Shown here: piece after piece, positions 37,376 to 48,166 of the stretch
Position numbering within the stretch: position 1 is the first letter of the stretch
Layout of the letters: every line of letters begins with the position of its first letter
Source: a bacterium
Lineage (GTDB): Bacteria > CG2-30-53-67
Direction: 5' to 3'
NCBI GenBank assembly: GCA_024277725.1
Contig: JAJRUP010000013.1
Span: 1 to 48,283, forward strand
DNA: 48,283 nucleotides
Translations under genes and position numbers: made by a program
The notes under the pieces: model-generated
Databases searched by the model: none
What the model saw: the letters and a program-made list of their open reading frames with translations, nothing else
Told to the model about the DNA's origin: nothing

Positions 37376-39325
37376 ATGGCGGGTGAAAAGATCAAAATTC
37401 AACTTGCGAAAGGTCCTGCCGGAGAGTTTGATACGGGAACGGATATCGCGACGGTATTAAAAACCCTGGCTCCGGACGACCGGAACCGTCCCGTCTGCGC
37501 AAAATGGAATGGAAAGTCTGTGGACCTCAGTTTTTCCATTACCCAACCTGCAGAAGTGGAAGGCATTCCCCTCGATTCTCCGGAAGGAGAGGATATCCTC
37601 CGTCATACGGCGGCCCATATTATGGCCCAAGCCGTGAAAGAACTCTTTCCCGGCACCCAGGTGGCTATCGGCCCGACCATCGAGAACGGGTTCTATTACG
37701 ATTTCGATACCGAACGTCCCCTGACACCGGAGGATCTGGACAAGATCACCCAACGGATCAAGGAAATCATCAAGAGGGATCTTCCCGTCGTTCGGAGCGA
37801 AATGCCCCGGGAGGAGGCCTTGGCCCTCTTTGCCGGGCGTCAGGAAAATTACAAGGTGGAACTGATCAACGACCTGGCGGATGAAGCGACCGTTTCACTC
37901 TACACCCAGGGGGATTATGTCGATCTCTGCCGGGGGCCGCATCTTCCGAAAACCTCCCTGCTGCGTCATTTCAAACTCCTCAGTGTCGCCGGGGCCTATT
38001 GGCGGGGCGACGAAAAAAAACCGATGCTCCAGCGAATCTACGGAACGGCTTTCGCCCGGAAGGAAGATCTCAAGAAGTACCTGCACATGCTTGAAGAGGC
38101 CAAGAAACGGGATCACCGGAAACTGGGCCGGCAGCTGGAACTTTTTGAGATCAATGATACGGCCGGCGGAGGATTGATCCTCTATCATCCCAAAGGGGCA
38201 CTGCTCCGCTGGATCCTGGAAGATTTCGAAAAACAGGAGCACCTCAGGCGAGGCTACCAACCGGTCATCGGTCCCCAGATCCTGAAAAGTGATACCTGGC
38301 GCATCTCGGGTCATTACGATTATTACAAGGAAAACATGTATTTCACCGAGATTGAAGGGAAGGAATACGGCATCAAGCCGATGAACTGTCCGGCGCACAT
38401 GATGATCTATCAGTCCAAGACCCGCAGTTACCGTGATCTCCCGATCCGCTTCTTTGAACTGGGCACGGTACACCGGCATGAAAAAACCGGTGTCCTTCAC
38501 GGTCTCCTCCGGGTCCGTGGATTTACCCAGGATGACGCCCATATCTTCTGTCTTCCGGAACAACTGACCGACGAAATTATCGGGGTCATCGATTTTATCA
38601 AGGATGTCATGAATGTCTTCGGGTTTGAGTATACCCTGGAGATCAGTACCCGTCCCGAGAAATCGATCGGATCCGATGAAGACTGGGAGCGGGCGACAAA
38701 GGCGCTGCAGGATGCGCTCCTTCGCCATGACCTTTCCTACGAGATCAATGAAGGCGACGGCGCTTTTTACGGTCCGAAGATTGATGTCAAGATACGGGAT
38801 GCCATTGGACGGAGCTGGCAATGTGCAACCATCCAGTGTGATTTCACCCTGCCGGAACGTTTCCAATTGACTTATGTCGGTTCCGACGGTTCCGAGCATC
38901 GACCGGTCATGCTCCACCGGGTAATTTTCGGTTCCCTGGAACGATTCATGGCGGTGCTCATTGAACATTATGCGGGAAAATTCCCCCTGTGGCTGGCCCC
39001 GACACAGGTGGTCATCATCAATATTACGGACCGGCAACTTGCCTACGCCGGGAAGCTGAAGGAACGGTTTGATGCCGCGGGGATCCGGACGGAACTGGAT
39101 GGGCGGCAAGAAAAGATGGGGTACAAAATCCGGGAAGCGCAGATGAAGAAGATCCCCTACATGGTGATCGTCGGTGACCGGGAGATGGAATCGTCCCGGA
39201 TTTCCCTGCGTTCCCGGGATCGCGGAGATCTCGGAACCCGTGAAGTTGAAGAGACCCTGCAGATGATCCGTACTGAAATCGATGAAAGACGTGACGGAAC
39301 GGAAACGGACGAAATTGGTACATAA
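37376..39325 (+). CDS. thrS: Threonine--tRNA ligase
   Basis: RHTAAHIMAQA, DLCRGPH, RDHRKLG, KPMNCP and GAFYGPK motifs; start position uncertain. Confidence 0.97.
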   Translation: MAGEKIKIQLAKGPAGEFDTGTDIATVLKTLAPDDRNRPVCAKWNGKSVDLSFSITQPAEVEGIPLDSPEGEDILRHTAAHIMAQAVKELFPGTQVAIGPTIENGFYYDFDTERPLTPEDLDKITQRIKEIIKRDLPVVRSEMPREEALALFAGRQENYKVELINDLADEATVSLYTQGDYVDLCRGPHLPKTSLLRHFKLLSVAGAYWRGDEKKPMLQRIYGTAFARKEDLKKYLHMLEEAKKRDHRKLGRQLELFEINDTAGGGLILYHPKGALLRWILEDFEKQEHLRRGYQPVIGPQILKSDTWRISGHYDYYKENMYFTEIEGKEYGIKPMNCPAHMMIYQSKTRSYRDLPIRFFELGTVHRHEKTGVLHGLLRVRGFTQDDAHIFCLPEQLTDEIIGVIDFIKDVMNVFGFEYTLEISTRPEKSIGSDEDWERATKALQDALLRHDLSYEINEGDGAFYGPKIDVKIRDAIGRSWQCATIQCDFTLPERFQLTYVGSDGSEHRPVMLHRVIFGSLERFMAVLIEHYAGKFPLWLAPTQVVIINITDRQLAYAGKLKERFDAAGIRTELDGRQEKMGYKIREAQMKKIPYMVIVGDREMESSRISLRSRDRGDLGTREVEETLQMIRTEIDERRDGTETDEIGT

Positions 39326-39373
39326 CATCCGCCGGTGTGGGTGTCCCGGCACAATCTGATGGGAGGTGGTTCT

Positions 39374-39994
39374 ATACAACGAAGAGGCCCTCGAGGCAAA
39401 CAGCAGCGGAAGGAACGGATCAATGACGAGATCCGTGTCCCCGAAGTCCGGGTAGTGGATGAAGATGGAACACAACTCGGGATCCTGTCAACGCAGGAAG
39501 CTCTCCGGATTACAGAGGACAAAGGACTGGATCTGGTGGAAGTTGCGCCCATGGCCAAACCACCGGTCTGCCGCATCATGGATTACGGGAAGTTCCAGTA
39601 TCAGAAAAGCAAGAAGGCCAATCTCGCCCGGAAGAAGCAGCAGATCATCCATGTCAAAGAGGTGAAACTGAGGCCCAACACGGAGGAACATGATTTCGCC
39701 TTCAAGCTGCAGCATGCCGAACGATTTCTCAAGGATGGAAACAAGGCCAAGATCACCGTTCGCTTTCGCGGCAGGGAAATGATGTATGCCGATCGGAGCA
39801 AGGAAATGCTGGTGGATTTTGCCAACCGGCTTTCCGAAATCAGCGTCATTGAACTGATGCCGAAACGGGAAGGCCGGACGGTTGTCATGATCCTGGCGCC
39901 CAAGGCAGCGGCTGTTGGCTCCGGGAAAAAGAAACCGCCTGTTGCCTCCAACAAGAAACCGGCTCAGGAGAATCCGCCTGCGGCCGATTCATAA
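39374..39994 (+). CDS. infC: Translation initiation factor IF-3, probable AUA start
   Basis: [23 protein letters not shown] and FRGRE motifs; GGAGGTG SD 5 nt before an in-frame ATA. Confidence 0.93.
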   Translation: MQRRGPRGKQQRKERINDEIRVPEVRVVDEDGTQLGILSTQEALRITEDKGLDLVEVAPMAKPPVCRIMDYGKFQYQKSKKANLARKKQQIIHVKEVKLRPNTEEHDFAFKLQHAERFLKDGNKAKITVRFRGREMMYADRSKEMLVDFANRLSEISVIELMPKREGRTVVMILAPKAAAVGSGKKKPPVASNKKPAQENPPAADS

Positions 39995-40020
39995 TTTTCT
40001 TTCTAAAGGAGTGCCCGAAA

Positions 40021-40218
40021 ATGCCGAAGATCAAGACACACCGCGGAGCGGCAAAGCGTTTCAAAAAAACCGCTTCCGGGAAGATAAAACGGAGCAAGGC
40101 CTATGCCAGCAATATCTTGACGACAAAATCGCGGAAACGGAAACGGGGACTGCGGAAGTCCACGACGGCCGACAGTACCAATCTCAAAACGATCCGAAAG
40201 CTCATTCCCTACGTGTGA
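40021..40218 (+). CDS. rpmI: 50S ribosomal protein L35
   Basis: [17 protein letters not shown] motif. Confidence 0.97.
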   Translation: MPKIKTHRGAAKRFKKTASGKIKRSKAYASNILTTKSRKRKRGLRKSTTADSTNLKTIRKLIPYV

Positions 40219-40279
40219 GCACCCGTTCCGCCACGTTGCCGTGAATCAATTGTAAAGTACGTACCAGGAGGAAACAGTC

Positions 40280-40645
40280 ATGCCGAGAGTCAAAGGGGGT
40301 AATCGACGTCTTACCCGCAGGAAGAGGATTTTAAAGCAGGCAAAGGGGTTCTATGGAGCCCGTAAAAACCTGTTTCGTACCGCCATCGAAGCGGTGGATC
40401 GATCGATGCAGGAGGCCTACATCGGGCGGAAACTCCGGAAACGGGATTTCCGGTCTCTCTGGATTATCCGGATCAATGCTGCCGCCCGGGAGCAGGGGAT
40501 TTCCTACAGCCGCTTAATCCAGGGACTGAAAAATGCACAGGTTGGAATCAACCGTAAGATGATGGCCGAACTGGCCGTTCACCATCCTCAGGATTTTGCC
40601 CAACTGGCGGAGATTGCCAAGAACAACCTTGCACCCCAGTCCTGA
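40280..40645 (+). CDS. rplT: 50S ribosomal protein L20
   Basis: MPRVK, KRDFRSLWIIRINAA motifs. Confidence 0.97.
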   Translation: MPRVKGGNRRLTRRKRILKQAKGFYGARKNLFRTAIEAVDRSMQEAYIGRKLRKRDFRSLWIIRINAAAREQGISYSRLIQGLKNAQVGINRKMMAELAVHHPQDFAQLAEIAKNNLAPQS

Positions 40646-40840
40646 TACTTCTGTTTTCATTGGCTCTATAGCAGCAAGACATCCTGCGAAGGATACACCC
40701 TGTACTGCAGGGTGTTCGATGCACCGTGTACCCCGCGCATTCCGGTTCTTGCCGTCATTGACGGCAGTCACCAACAGGTTATTTTCCGAATTCTGAAGAT
40801 CGGTGAGGGGGGGTGCAGGCTGCATGACGGACAAGGCGAT

Positions 40841-41866
40841 ATGTCTGAACTAATTGAAAAACTGAAAACCATCGAGTCCGATACGGAGAAACGGCTCCTG
40901 CAGGCGTCCACCCTGGCGGAGGTTCAGGATTGTAAGGTCCGCATCCTGGGAAAGAAGGGGGAATTGACGAAACTCCTTGCCGGGATGAAGGATCTGTCTC
41001 CTGCCGAGCGCCCTGTCGTCGGGAAGGTTGTCAACGAGGTCAAGCAGAGACTGAACCGCTCTTTTGAGCGACGCAGTGGGGAGATCGAACATCAGGAACG
41101 GGAACAGCGTCTTCGTGAGGAACGCCTTGACATTACCCTCCCCGGACGTCCCCGACATCGCGGCGCTCTCCACCCGATTACCCGGACCTTTCAAAAAATC
41201 GAAACCATTTTTACGGGTCTCGGCTTTCAGGTGGCCGAAGGACCGGAGATTGAAGAAGATTTCTACAATTTTGAAGCCCTGAATATTCCCAAGGACCATC
41301 CGGCACGGGACATGCAAGATACCTTTTATATCGCCGAGGAGGTTCTTCTGCGGACCCACACTTCCCCTGTCCAGGTCCGAACCATGAAAAAACAGTCCCC
41401 GCCGGTCCGGATCATCGCCCCCGGAAAGGTCTACCGCTGTGATGCCGATGTTTCTCATACTCCGATGTTTCACCAGGTGGAAGGACTGTTGGTGGACCGC
41501 GGGATCCGTTTCGGTGATCTCAAGGGGATTCTGGAGATCTTCCTTCACCGGATGTTCGGGGAAGATGTGGGGATCCGTTTTCGGCCGAGTTTTTTCCCCT
41601 TCACGGAACCTTCCGCCGAAGTCGATATTGCCTGCGTGATTTGCAACGGGAAGGGATGTCGCGTTTGCAAGCATTCCGGATGGCTGGAAATCCTCGGTGC
41701 AGGGATGGTCGACCCCGAGGTCTTCCGAAGCGTTGGTTACGATCCGGAAGAGGTTTCGGGATTTGCCTTCGGCATGGGGGTGGAGCGGATCGCGATGCTG
41801 TGTTACCGGATCGACGATATCCGGCTCTTTTTTGAAAACGATCTGCATTTCCTGTCACAATTCTAA
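40841..41866 (+). CDS. pheS: Phenylalanine--tRNA ligase alpha subunit
   Basis: HPARDMQDTF, LRTHTSPVQ, FPFTEPS and GFAFGMGVER motifs. Confidence 0.97.
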   Translation: MSELIEKLKTIESDTEKRLLQASTLAEVQDCKVRILGKKGELTKLLAGMKDLSPAERPVVGKVVNEVKQRLNRSFERRSGEIEHQEREQRLREERLDITLPGRPRHRGALHPITRTFQKIETIFTGLGFQVAEGPEIEEDFYNFEALNIPKDHPARDMQDTFYIAEEVLLRTHTSPVQVRTMKKQSPPVRIIAPGKVYRCDADVSHTPMFHQVEGLLVDRGIRFGDLKGILEIFLHRMFGEDVGIRFRPSFFPFTEPSAEVDIACVICNGKGCRVCKHSGWLEILGAGMVDPEVFRSVGYDPEEVSGFAFGMGVERIAMLCYRIDDIRLFFENDLHFLSQF

Positions 41867-41932
41867 ATGGTCCTGTTCAGAAATAGTGCGACGCACTTCA
41901 ATGCCACCGTATTTGCGAATCGGGCCACATAA
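41864..41932. repeat. Small inverted-repeat element between pheS and pheT, TAA-flanked
   Basis: TGGTCCTGTTCAGAAATA and TATTTGCGAATCGGGCCA form an imperfect IR; TAAATGGTCCTGTTCA recurs at 48163-48178. Confidence 0.5.
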
Positions 41933-41968
41933 GATGAACAAGCGACAAATTAAAGATGAGAACTTCCG

Positions 41969-44374
41969 ATGCTGATCAGTCTCAACTGGTTAAAAGATTT
42001 CATCGCCCTTGAAGGGTCCGCCGGGGAGCTTGCCGAACGCCTGACCATGGCCGGTCTGGAGGTGGAATCGGTGCAGTCTCTGTCGGAAGGATTCGAGCAC
42101 TTGGTGGTCGGCCGGATCCTTCAGAAAGCCCCCCATCCCGACTCCGATCATTTGACCCTTTGCCGGGTCGACGTGGGGAAAAAAGAGCTCCGGATCATCT
42201 GCGGCGCTCCCAATCATGAGCAGGGCGACAAGGTGATCGTCGCCCTGCCGGGTGCCCGTCTACCCAACGGCATGGAAATCGTCCCCACAACGATCCGTGG
42301 GATAGAGTCCTTCGGTATGATCTGCTCCGAAAAAGAGATGGGCCTCTCCGATGATTCCACCGGTGTGATGATACTTCCGGAAGATGTCGTCGTAGGAACT
42401 CCGGCGGCGGACGTTCTGGGACGTAACGATACCGTCCTCGAAATCGATTTGACGCCGAACCGTCCGGATTGCCTCAGTCATTTCGGTGTGGCTCGGGAGA
42501 TTGCTGCCTTAACGGGTTTCCCCCTGACCCCTCCCACGGTGAAGATCGTGGAAGAGGGGCCAAAGATCGCGACGCGGACCTCCGTCCAGGTTCATGAACC
42601 GGACCTCTGTCCCCGTTATACCTGTCGCGTGATCGAGAACGTCTCCATCGGCCCCTCACCGCTCTGGATGCAGGAAAGGCTGCGTGCGGTGGGGCTCCGG
42701 TCGATCAACAATGTTGTGGATGTCACCAACTATGTTCTCATGGAACAGGGGCATCCCCTCCATGCCTTTGACTATGATCTTCTCAGTGGAAACCGGATCG
42801 AGGTCCGTCGGGCGGAAAAGGGGGAAAAGACACGCACCCTGGACGATGTGGAACGAACCCTCGACTCCGGAATGCTGGTGATCTGCGATGCGGAAAAACC
42901 GGTCGCTATTGCCGGTGTCATGGGGTGCGGCAACAGCGAGGTCAACGACGGGACCCGGCGGATCCTCCTGGAAGCCGCCTGTTTCCAGCCGACCTCGATC
43001 CGAAGGACGGCAAAAAGACTGGGACTGCATTCGGAATCGTCCCACCGTTTTGAGCGGGGGACGGACATTGAAGGGTTGGTAACGGCCCTGGATCGCGCCG
43101 CCTCCTTGATCCAGTCTCTGGCCGGAGGCACGGTTGCGAAGGGACGGATCGATGTCTACCCGGTGCGCCCTCCAAAAAGGGTGATTCCCCTGCGTGTCGC
43201 AAAGGTGAAAGAACTGCTCGGGATTTCGCTTTCTCCGGAAGAGACCGGTCGGATTCTGGGAAGCCTTCAGCTGCCCCTGGAGTACAGTGATAAGGAAACC
43301 CTTCAGGTCGGCATCCCGACCTTCCGGGTTGATCTGGAACGTGAAATCGATCTCATCGAAGAAATCGCCCGGATTTATGGTTACAACCGTATTCCGAGTA
43401 CCCGTCTGACGGCAACACTTGAGCCGGGAGGAACGACCCGGAGTCGGCAATTGACGATGCAGGTGCGCCAGGCCCTGGTGGCGGAAGGATTTTTCGAGAC
43501 AATTCACTACAGTTTTCACAATCCCGACGACCTTGATCTGCTCGGATTGGAGGTGGACGACCCCCTGCACGATCCGATCGCGATTCAGAATCCCCTGAGC
43601 CGGGATCAAAGCGTCATGCGGACCACACTTCTCCCCGGCCTGCTTCACAATCTGCAGCAGAACCTGAAGCGTTTCCGGTCCGATGTACGCCTCTTTGAAG
43701 TGGGGCGTGTTTTTCAAAAAACCACGGATCGTCCTGCCCTGGAAAGGGACCGGTTGGCCGGCGTGGTTTCCGGACTGGAAGTCCTGCCGGGATGGGACCG
43801 GGCACCGCGAGAGGTCGATTTCTTTGACGTCAAGACCATCCTTGAAAGCCTCATGAGCGGGATCGGCATTCCGTCCCTGCGGTGGGTTGCACTGGAAACG
43901 CTCCCTTACCTCCATCCCGGGAAAAGTGCATGGCTCAGGAAGGATGGTACGTCTCTCGGTTTTCTGGGGGAACTGCATCCGGAAGTCATGAAACGCTTTG
44001 ATCTGCCGCAGCGGGCCCTCTATTTTGAACTCGATCTTGAGGCGACTTTTCAGGCGGCTTCGGAAGCGGTCCTCTACCGTCCGGCGATTCGATTCCCTGC
44101 CGTGGAACGGGATATCGCGCTGATTGTCGACGATGACCTTCCGGCCGGGGCGGTCGATTCAATGATCCGGGAGGTTGCACCGGACCTCATTCGTGATGTC
44201 CGTCTTTTTGACCTCTACCGGGGAAAGCCGATCCCCGCCGGCAAGAAAAGCCTTGCCTTTTCCATTCGCTTTCAGGCCGAAGACCGGACCTTGACGGACA
44301 AGGAGATCAACGGTATCCGTGACAAGATCGTGGAGCAATTAAAGGAAAGATTCGGTGCTGCCCTGCGTGATTAG
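41969..44374 (+). CDS. pheT: Phenylalanine--tRNA ligase beta subunit
   Basis: [30 protein letters not shown] and [11 protein letters not shown] motifs. Confidence 0.97.
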   Translation: MLISLNWLKDFIALEGSAGELAERLTMAGLEVESVQSLSEGFEHLVVGRILQKAPHPDSDHLTLCRVDVGKKELRIICGAPNHEQGDKVIVALPGARLPNGMEIVPTTIRGIESFGMICSEKEMGLSDDSTGVMILPEDVVVGTPAADVLGRNDTVLEIDLTPNRPDCLSHFGVAREIAALTGFPLTPPTVKIVEEGPKIATRTSVQVHEPDLCPRYTCRVIENVSIGPSPLWMQERLRAVGLRSINNVVDVTNYVLMEQGHPLHAFDYDLLSGNRIEVRRAEKGEKTRTLDDVERTLDSGMLVICDAEKPVAIAGVMGCGNSEVNDGTRRILLEAACFQPTSIRRTAKRLGLHSESSHRFERGTDIEGLVTALDRAASLIQSLAGGTVAKGRIDVYPVRPPKRVIPLRVAKVKELLGISLSPEETGRILGSLQLPLEYSDKETLQVGIPTFRVDLEREIDLIEEIARIYGYNRIPSTRLTATLEPGGTTRSRQLTMQVRQALVAEGFFETIHYSFHNPDDLDLLGLEVDDPLHDPIAIQNPLSRDQSVMRTTLLPGLLHNLQQNLKRFRSDVRLFEVGRVFQKTTDRPALERDRLAGVVSGLEVLPGWDRAPREVDFFDVKTILESLMSGIGIPSLRWVALETLPYLHPGKSAWLRKDGTSLGFLGELHPEVMKRFDLPQRALYFELDLEATFQAASEAVLYRPAIRFPAVERDIALIVDDDLPAGAVDSMIREVAPDLIRDVRLFDLYRGKPIPAGKKSLAFSIRFQAEDRTLTDKEINGIRDKIVEQLKERFGAALRD

Positions 44375-44437
44375 ATTCGACAGGCGCATCAGATTTTGAA
44401 GTCCCCCGTTACGAATAAAACTGCTTAGAGGGTAGAC

Positions 44438-45511
44438 ATGGTCCCGACGGTTGAATGGAAAGATGGAAAGGTTCGGCTCATCGATCAGACCCGATTGCCC
44501 CGGGAAGTCGTCTATATCGATTATACGGATTACCGGGACGTGACCGGAGCGATTCGGGATCTCGTGGTCCGGGGAGCGCCTGCCATCGGAGTGACCGCTG
44601 CCCTGGGGGTTGCCCTGGGGGCTCAGGAGATCGAAGCAGACCGGCATGAAGAATTTCTCGCCCGTTTACAGCCGATCTGTGATCACTTGGCGTCGGCGAG
44701 ACCCACGGCGGTCAATCTCTTCTGGGCAATCGAAAGGATGCGTAAATTTGCCGCAGCGCAGAACAAACTCTCTCTGAAAGACTTGAAGAAGGCCCTCATT
44801 GAAGAAGCGGTCCGGATGGGGGAGGAGGACATTGCCGTCAATCGCGCCATGGGCGCCTTCGGTGCGGAATTCGTCGGGGATCCTGCAACGATCCTGACAC
44901 ACTGCAATGCCGGGTCGCTCGCCACGGTCGGTTACGGCACGGCCTTGGGGGTGATCTATGCCGCCCGGGAGCAGGGGAAACAGGTCCGGGTCTTTGCGGA
45001 CGAAACGCGCCCCATACTCCAGGGAGCCCGCCTGACCGCCTGGGAACTGATGGAAGAAGGGGTCGACGTCACTCTCATTACCGATAATATGGCCGGCCAT
45101 TTCATGAAGCAGGGGATGATCGACCTGGTGGTGGTCGGAACGGACCGGACCGTGGCCAACGGCGATGTGGCCAATAAGATCGGGACCTATTCCGTGGCTG
45201 TTCTCGCCAAGGAACATGGTATTCCCTTCTATGTGGCTGCCCCGACCTCCACGATCGACTTTTCCATTCCCACGGGCGACGGGATCCCCATCGAAGAGCG
45301 GGATCCTCGTGAGGTGACCTGTATCTGTAATCAGTTAGAGATCGCACCGGAGGGGGTCAAGGTGAAAAGCCCGGCCTTTGATGTCACCCCGGCACGCTAT
45401 ATCACGGCCATCATCACGGAAAAAGGGGCTTTCCGGCCCGCTGATCTGCACAAACTGAACGATCCGGAAGCCGATCCGGAAAGTTTCCGGCTTCATCCGG
45501 CCGGTGCATAG
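44438..45511 (+). CDS. mtnA: Methylthioribose-1-phosphate isomerase
   Basis: [30 protein letters not shown] and ANKIGTY motifs. Confidence 0.95.
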   Translation: MVPTVEWKDGKVRLIDQTRLPREVVYIDYTDYRDVTGAIRDLVVRGAPAIGVTAALGVALGAQEIEADRHEEFLARLQPICDHLASARPTAVNLFWAIERMRKFAAAQNKLSLKDLKKALIEEAVRMGEEDIAVNRAMGAFGAEFVGDPATILTHCNAGSLATVGYGTALGVIYAAREQGKQVRVFADETRPILQGARLTAWELMEEGVDVTLITDNMAGHFMKQGMIDLVVVGTDRTVANGDVANKIGTYSVAVLAKEHGIPFYVAAPTSTIDFSIPTGDGIPIEERDPREVTCICNQLEIAPEGVKVKSPAFDVTPARYITAIITEKGAFRPADLHKLNDPEADPESFRLHPAGA

Positions 45512-45552
45512 GAGGACCCAGGAAGGGGAGGGGATCTCTCCATTCGCTTTTT

Positions 45553-46077
45553 CTATCGTTGCTGTTTCCGGATCACCGTCACCCAGAGTTTCCGCCTGCC
45601 CCATTCCGTGGCGTCCTGGTGAGACCTGAAAAACACATCAATGTGATCCCCCTGGATCGCCCGCCCCTTATCGTGGACCACTCCCCATCCGTATCCGGGA
45701 ACATGCATCCGTGTGCCGTAGGGATAGCGGCGGATATCGGCAGCGATGATCCCTTTCTTCGCACGCGTCCCATCTGCCGTAATCCCCACTTTTTTCCGTT
45801 TTCCCTTGCTGGGACCGCTTGCGTAGACCGGTGGACCGATACAGCATTGCCGCCTCCACTCACAGCATTTCCGGCAGGCGCAATAGGCCGTGACGGTCAT
45901 GAGGATCCGTTCCTTTTCTTTCCCCCAGCCGGGGGGAAGAAGGCAACAGGCCAGGGTTTGGGTGAGGAAGAAAAGGAGGAGTAAAAGAGAGAAAAGAAAA
46001 ACCGCCCTCCTCGCGGGAGGGCGGTTCCGAAGTATCGGAGGATTGTAAACCGATCCGTGATGGGCCACTTCAGACAA
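45553..46077 (-). CDS. 3D domain-containing (MltA-like) exported protein
   Basis: MTVTAYC, TADG, IAAD..YPYGT and HDKGRAIQGDHIDVFF motifs; hydrophobic N-terminal segment; start position uncertain. Confidence 0.85.
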   Translation of the reverse strand: MSEVAHHGSVYNPPILRNRPPARRAVFLFSLLLLLFFLTQTLACCLLPPGWGKEKERILMTVTAYCACRKCCEWRRQCCIGPPVYASGPSKGKRKKVGITADGTRAKKGIIAADIRRYPYGTRMHVPGYGWGVVHDKGRAIQGDHIDVFFRSHQDATEWGRRKLWVTVIRKQQR

Positions 46078-47053
46078 AAAGTTTCCGGATCAGGGATGTG
46101 CGATTCTTGACCCCGACCTTGTCGAAGATATGTTTCAGATGTACCTTGACCGTATGTTCACTGATGAACATCCTCTCCCCGATTTCCATATTGCTGAACC
46201 CTTGAAAGATCAGAGTCACCAGCTCTTTTTCCCGCTTGGAAAGTCCGTGACGGATCGCAAAAGTATCGGGGTCGAAGGGGAGGTTCTTCAGGGGGACCTG
46301 GGTCATAACCAGGGTATAGTCATTCCCCCGGGGATCCTTCGGATCTCTTTCCAGCGACATGATCAGCATCTGTAGTGTATGTCCGTCGGGAAGGGTCCAC
46401 TCCGTCTCCGTCCGGTTGGATCGTTTTCGTCGCCGTGCCACCAAGGTCGTCGCATAGAGGTTCTTCAACAGCTTGATGACCGAGGGATGCAGACCATAGG
46501 GCGGTTTCGTCCGCGTCCGCGTGCCGGTACTGTAGCGGGAAAAGATCGCCTGGGCACCGGGATTCATGTAGATCGGTGTGCCTTCCGCGTCAAAGAGGAT
46601 CATGGCCGGCGGCGCTTCATTGCAGGCCTGTTCGAAAACCCGCCGTTCTTCCTTCATCCGGCGGAAAGCATCATCGTAGGCCATCTTGTCCCGGATCGAG
46701 GCCCGTACCCAGGCCAGCAGTTCCGCTTCCTGAATCGGACGGGTGAGATACTTGTCCGCTCCTCCGTTCAGCCCCGAGACGATGTCGTCGGTTGAGGTCC
46801 GCTCGGCGGTAAAAAGGATCACCGGGATATGGGCCGTCTTCGGGTTCTTTTTGATCCGTTTGCACAGTTCAATTCCGTTCACCTCGGGCATGTTCACGTC
46901 CAGAATCACAAGATCTATATTGTTCCTTTTCAGGATTTTATTCGTCTCTTTCGGGTTCTGCGTTGCATGTACGTAATACCCATTCAGTTCCAGGATGGTT
47001 TTGGAAAGGAGTAAATTATCCTGAATGTCATCAACTACCAAGATTTCGTTCAT
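46070..47053 (-). CDS. Response regulator REC-PAS-LuxR HTH
   Basis: ILVVDD and LDVNMP motifs; central PAS-like region; LSKREKE...GFSNMEIGERMFISEHTVKVHLKHIFDK. Confidence 0.88.
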   Translation of the reverse strand: MNEILVVDDIQDNLLLSKTILELNGYYVHATQNPKETNKILKRNNIDLVILDVNMPEVNGIELCKRIKKNPKTAHIPVILFTAERTSTDDIVSGLNGGADKYLTRPIQEAELLAWVRASIRDKMAYDDAFRRMKEERRVFEQACNEAPPAMILFDAEGTPIYMNPGAQAIFSRYSTGTRTRTKPPYGLHPSVIKLLKNLYATTLVARRRKRSNRTETEWTLPDGHTLQMLIMSLERDPKDPRGNDYTLVMTQVPLKNLPFDPDTFAIRHGLSKREKELVTLIFQGFSNMEIGERMFISEHTVKVHLKHIFDKVGVKNRTSLIRKLFV

Positions 47054-47847
47054 TGTTCTTCCTCACAAAAGTCTAGAGTAAATTCAATGCAGCCTTTTTT
47101 CCGGGAAACACCCAGTTTCCCTTTCATTAATCTCATGTAAAAATCGGCCAGGTGCAAAGCAAACTTCGTTTTTCCGGGAACCCTGCTGCTGGAGTTCCAA
47201 ACCAGTAATTCCCGGGGATCCATGATTCCCCGGCCGAGAAATTGAATAGCAATCCGGAAATCCTGTGAGGATGGTGCCTCACCCGTATTCCGGATCTTCC
47301 CCAGGGACACACGAATCTCCCGGGGCTGAAAGAGCTCCTCCCCTTCGTGAATGATCTGCATAAAGATCGTGTGCAACTTCTGCTCGTCGCCTCTGATTCG
47401 ATAAGAGCCTTTCGCTGCCCGATAGATCAGGGGAGGGGCCTCCGCCGGCCGGCCTTCCCGTATCCGTTCCATTGTAGACGTCAACAGAACATTAAGTGCC
47501 AGCGATGCCGGTCGGAGCTTTTGCTCGTGGCGAATCACTTTCGTGTAGTCGATCAGTTGATCAAGCGTCGAGAGAAGGAGGTTCCCTCTTTTCAGAATAA
47601 TTCTGAGTTGCTTCTGCTGCTCCTCATTCAGTTTGCCGATCCGCTTGCTCAGCAGGATCTCTGTGAATCCGAGGATCGTGTTCAACGGAGAACGGAGGTC
47701 ATGAGAAAGGGCGGAGATAATTGCATCCGTTTCCGGAAGCTCTTCCCAGTCAAACCGCATGGAGGACCCACTCTTCCGAAAAGAGACTTCGTAGATATTC
47801 TCCGCTAAACCACATGCCGTTTTCAGCTCCTGCTTACTCCTTGACAA
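47050..47847 (-). CDS. HisKA-domain protein with degenerate HATPase domain (phosphotransferase/pseudokinase)
   Basis: Intact H-box LSHDLRSPLNTILGF; N, G1 and G2 boxes degenerate; overlaps the RR start by ATGA. Confidence 0.75.
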   Translation of the reverse strand: MSRSKQELKTACGLAENIYEVSFRKSGSSMRFDWEELPETDAIISALSHDLRSPLNTILGFTEILLSKRIGKLNEEQQKQLRIILKRGNLLLSTLDQLIDYTKVIRHEQKLRPASLALNVLLTSTMERIREGRPAEAPPLIYRAAKGSYRIRGDEQKLHTIFMQIIHEGEELFQPREIRVSLGKIRNTGEAPSSQDFRIAIQFLGRGIMDPRELLVWNSSSRVPGKTKFALHLADFYMRLMKGKLGVSRKKGCIEFTLDFCEEEQ

Positions 47848-48067
47848 ACCTGCCGCTCAATCTACCAGGAGATTCTGCTCACGCAGGGTAGACCCCCTCC
47901 TGGACAATATTACAATTATAGCACTTTTCTTTGATTCCCACAATGGAAGAAGTTAGTTATTTCGGGGCGAAAATTGCTACAATTTAACACTTTAGATAAA
48001 CCTTTAAGAAACAACGTGGTAACATACAACACTTCAAGTTAAATGTAAAGCTTTATTTTGCTTTTTT

Positions 48068-48166
48068 AATGAACTACCCCGCCGCAAGCAGCGGGGTATC
48101 AACTTCTCTATTTCGGTACATCACTCGCAGCAAGCTGCGGGGAATTAGACCCTAAAAGAGATTAAA
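48068..48166 (+). mobile_element. Non-autonomous IS200/IS605-end-like palindromic element, copy 2
   Basis: AATGAACTACCCCGCCGCAAGCAGCGGGGTATC...GCAGCAAGCTGCGGGGAATTAGACCCTAAAAGAGATTAAA; near-identical inverted copy at 17498-17595. Confidence 0.8.
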
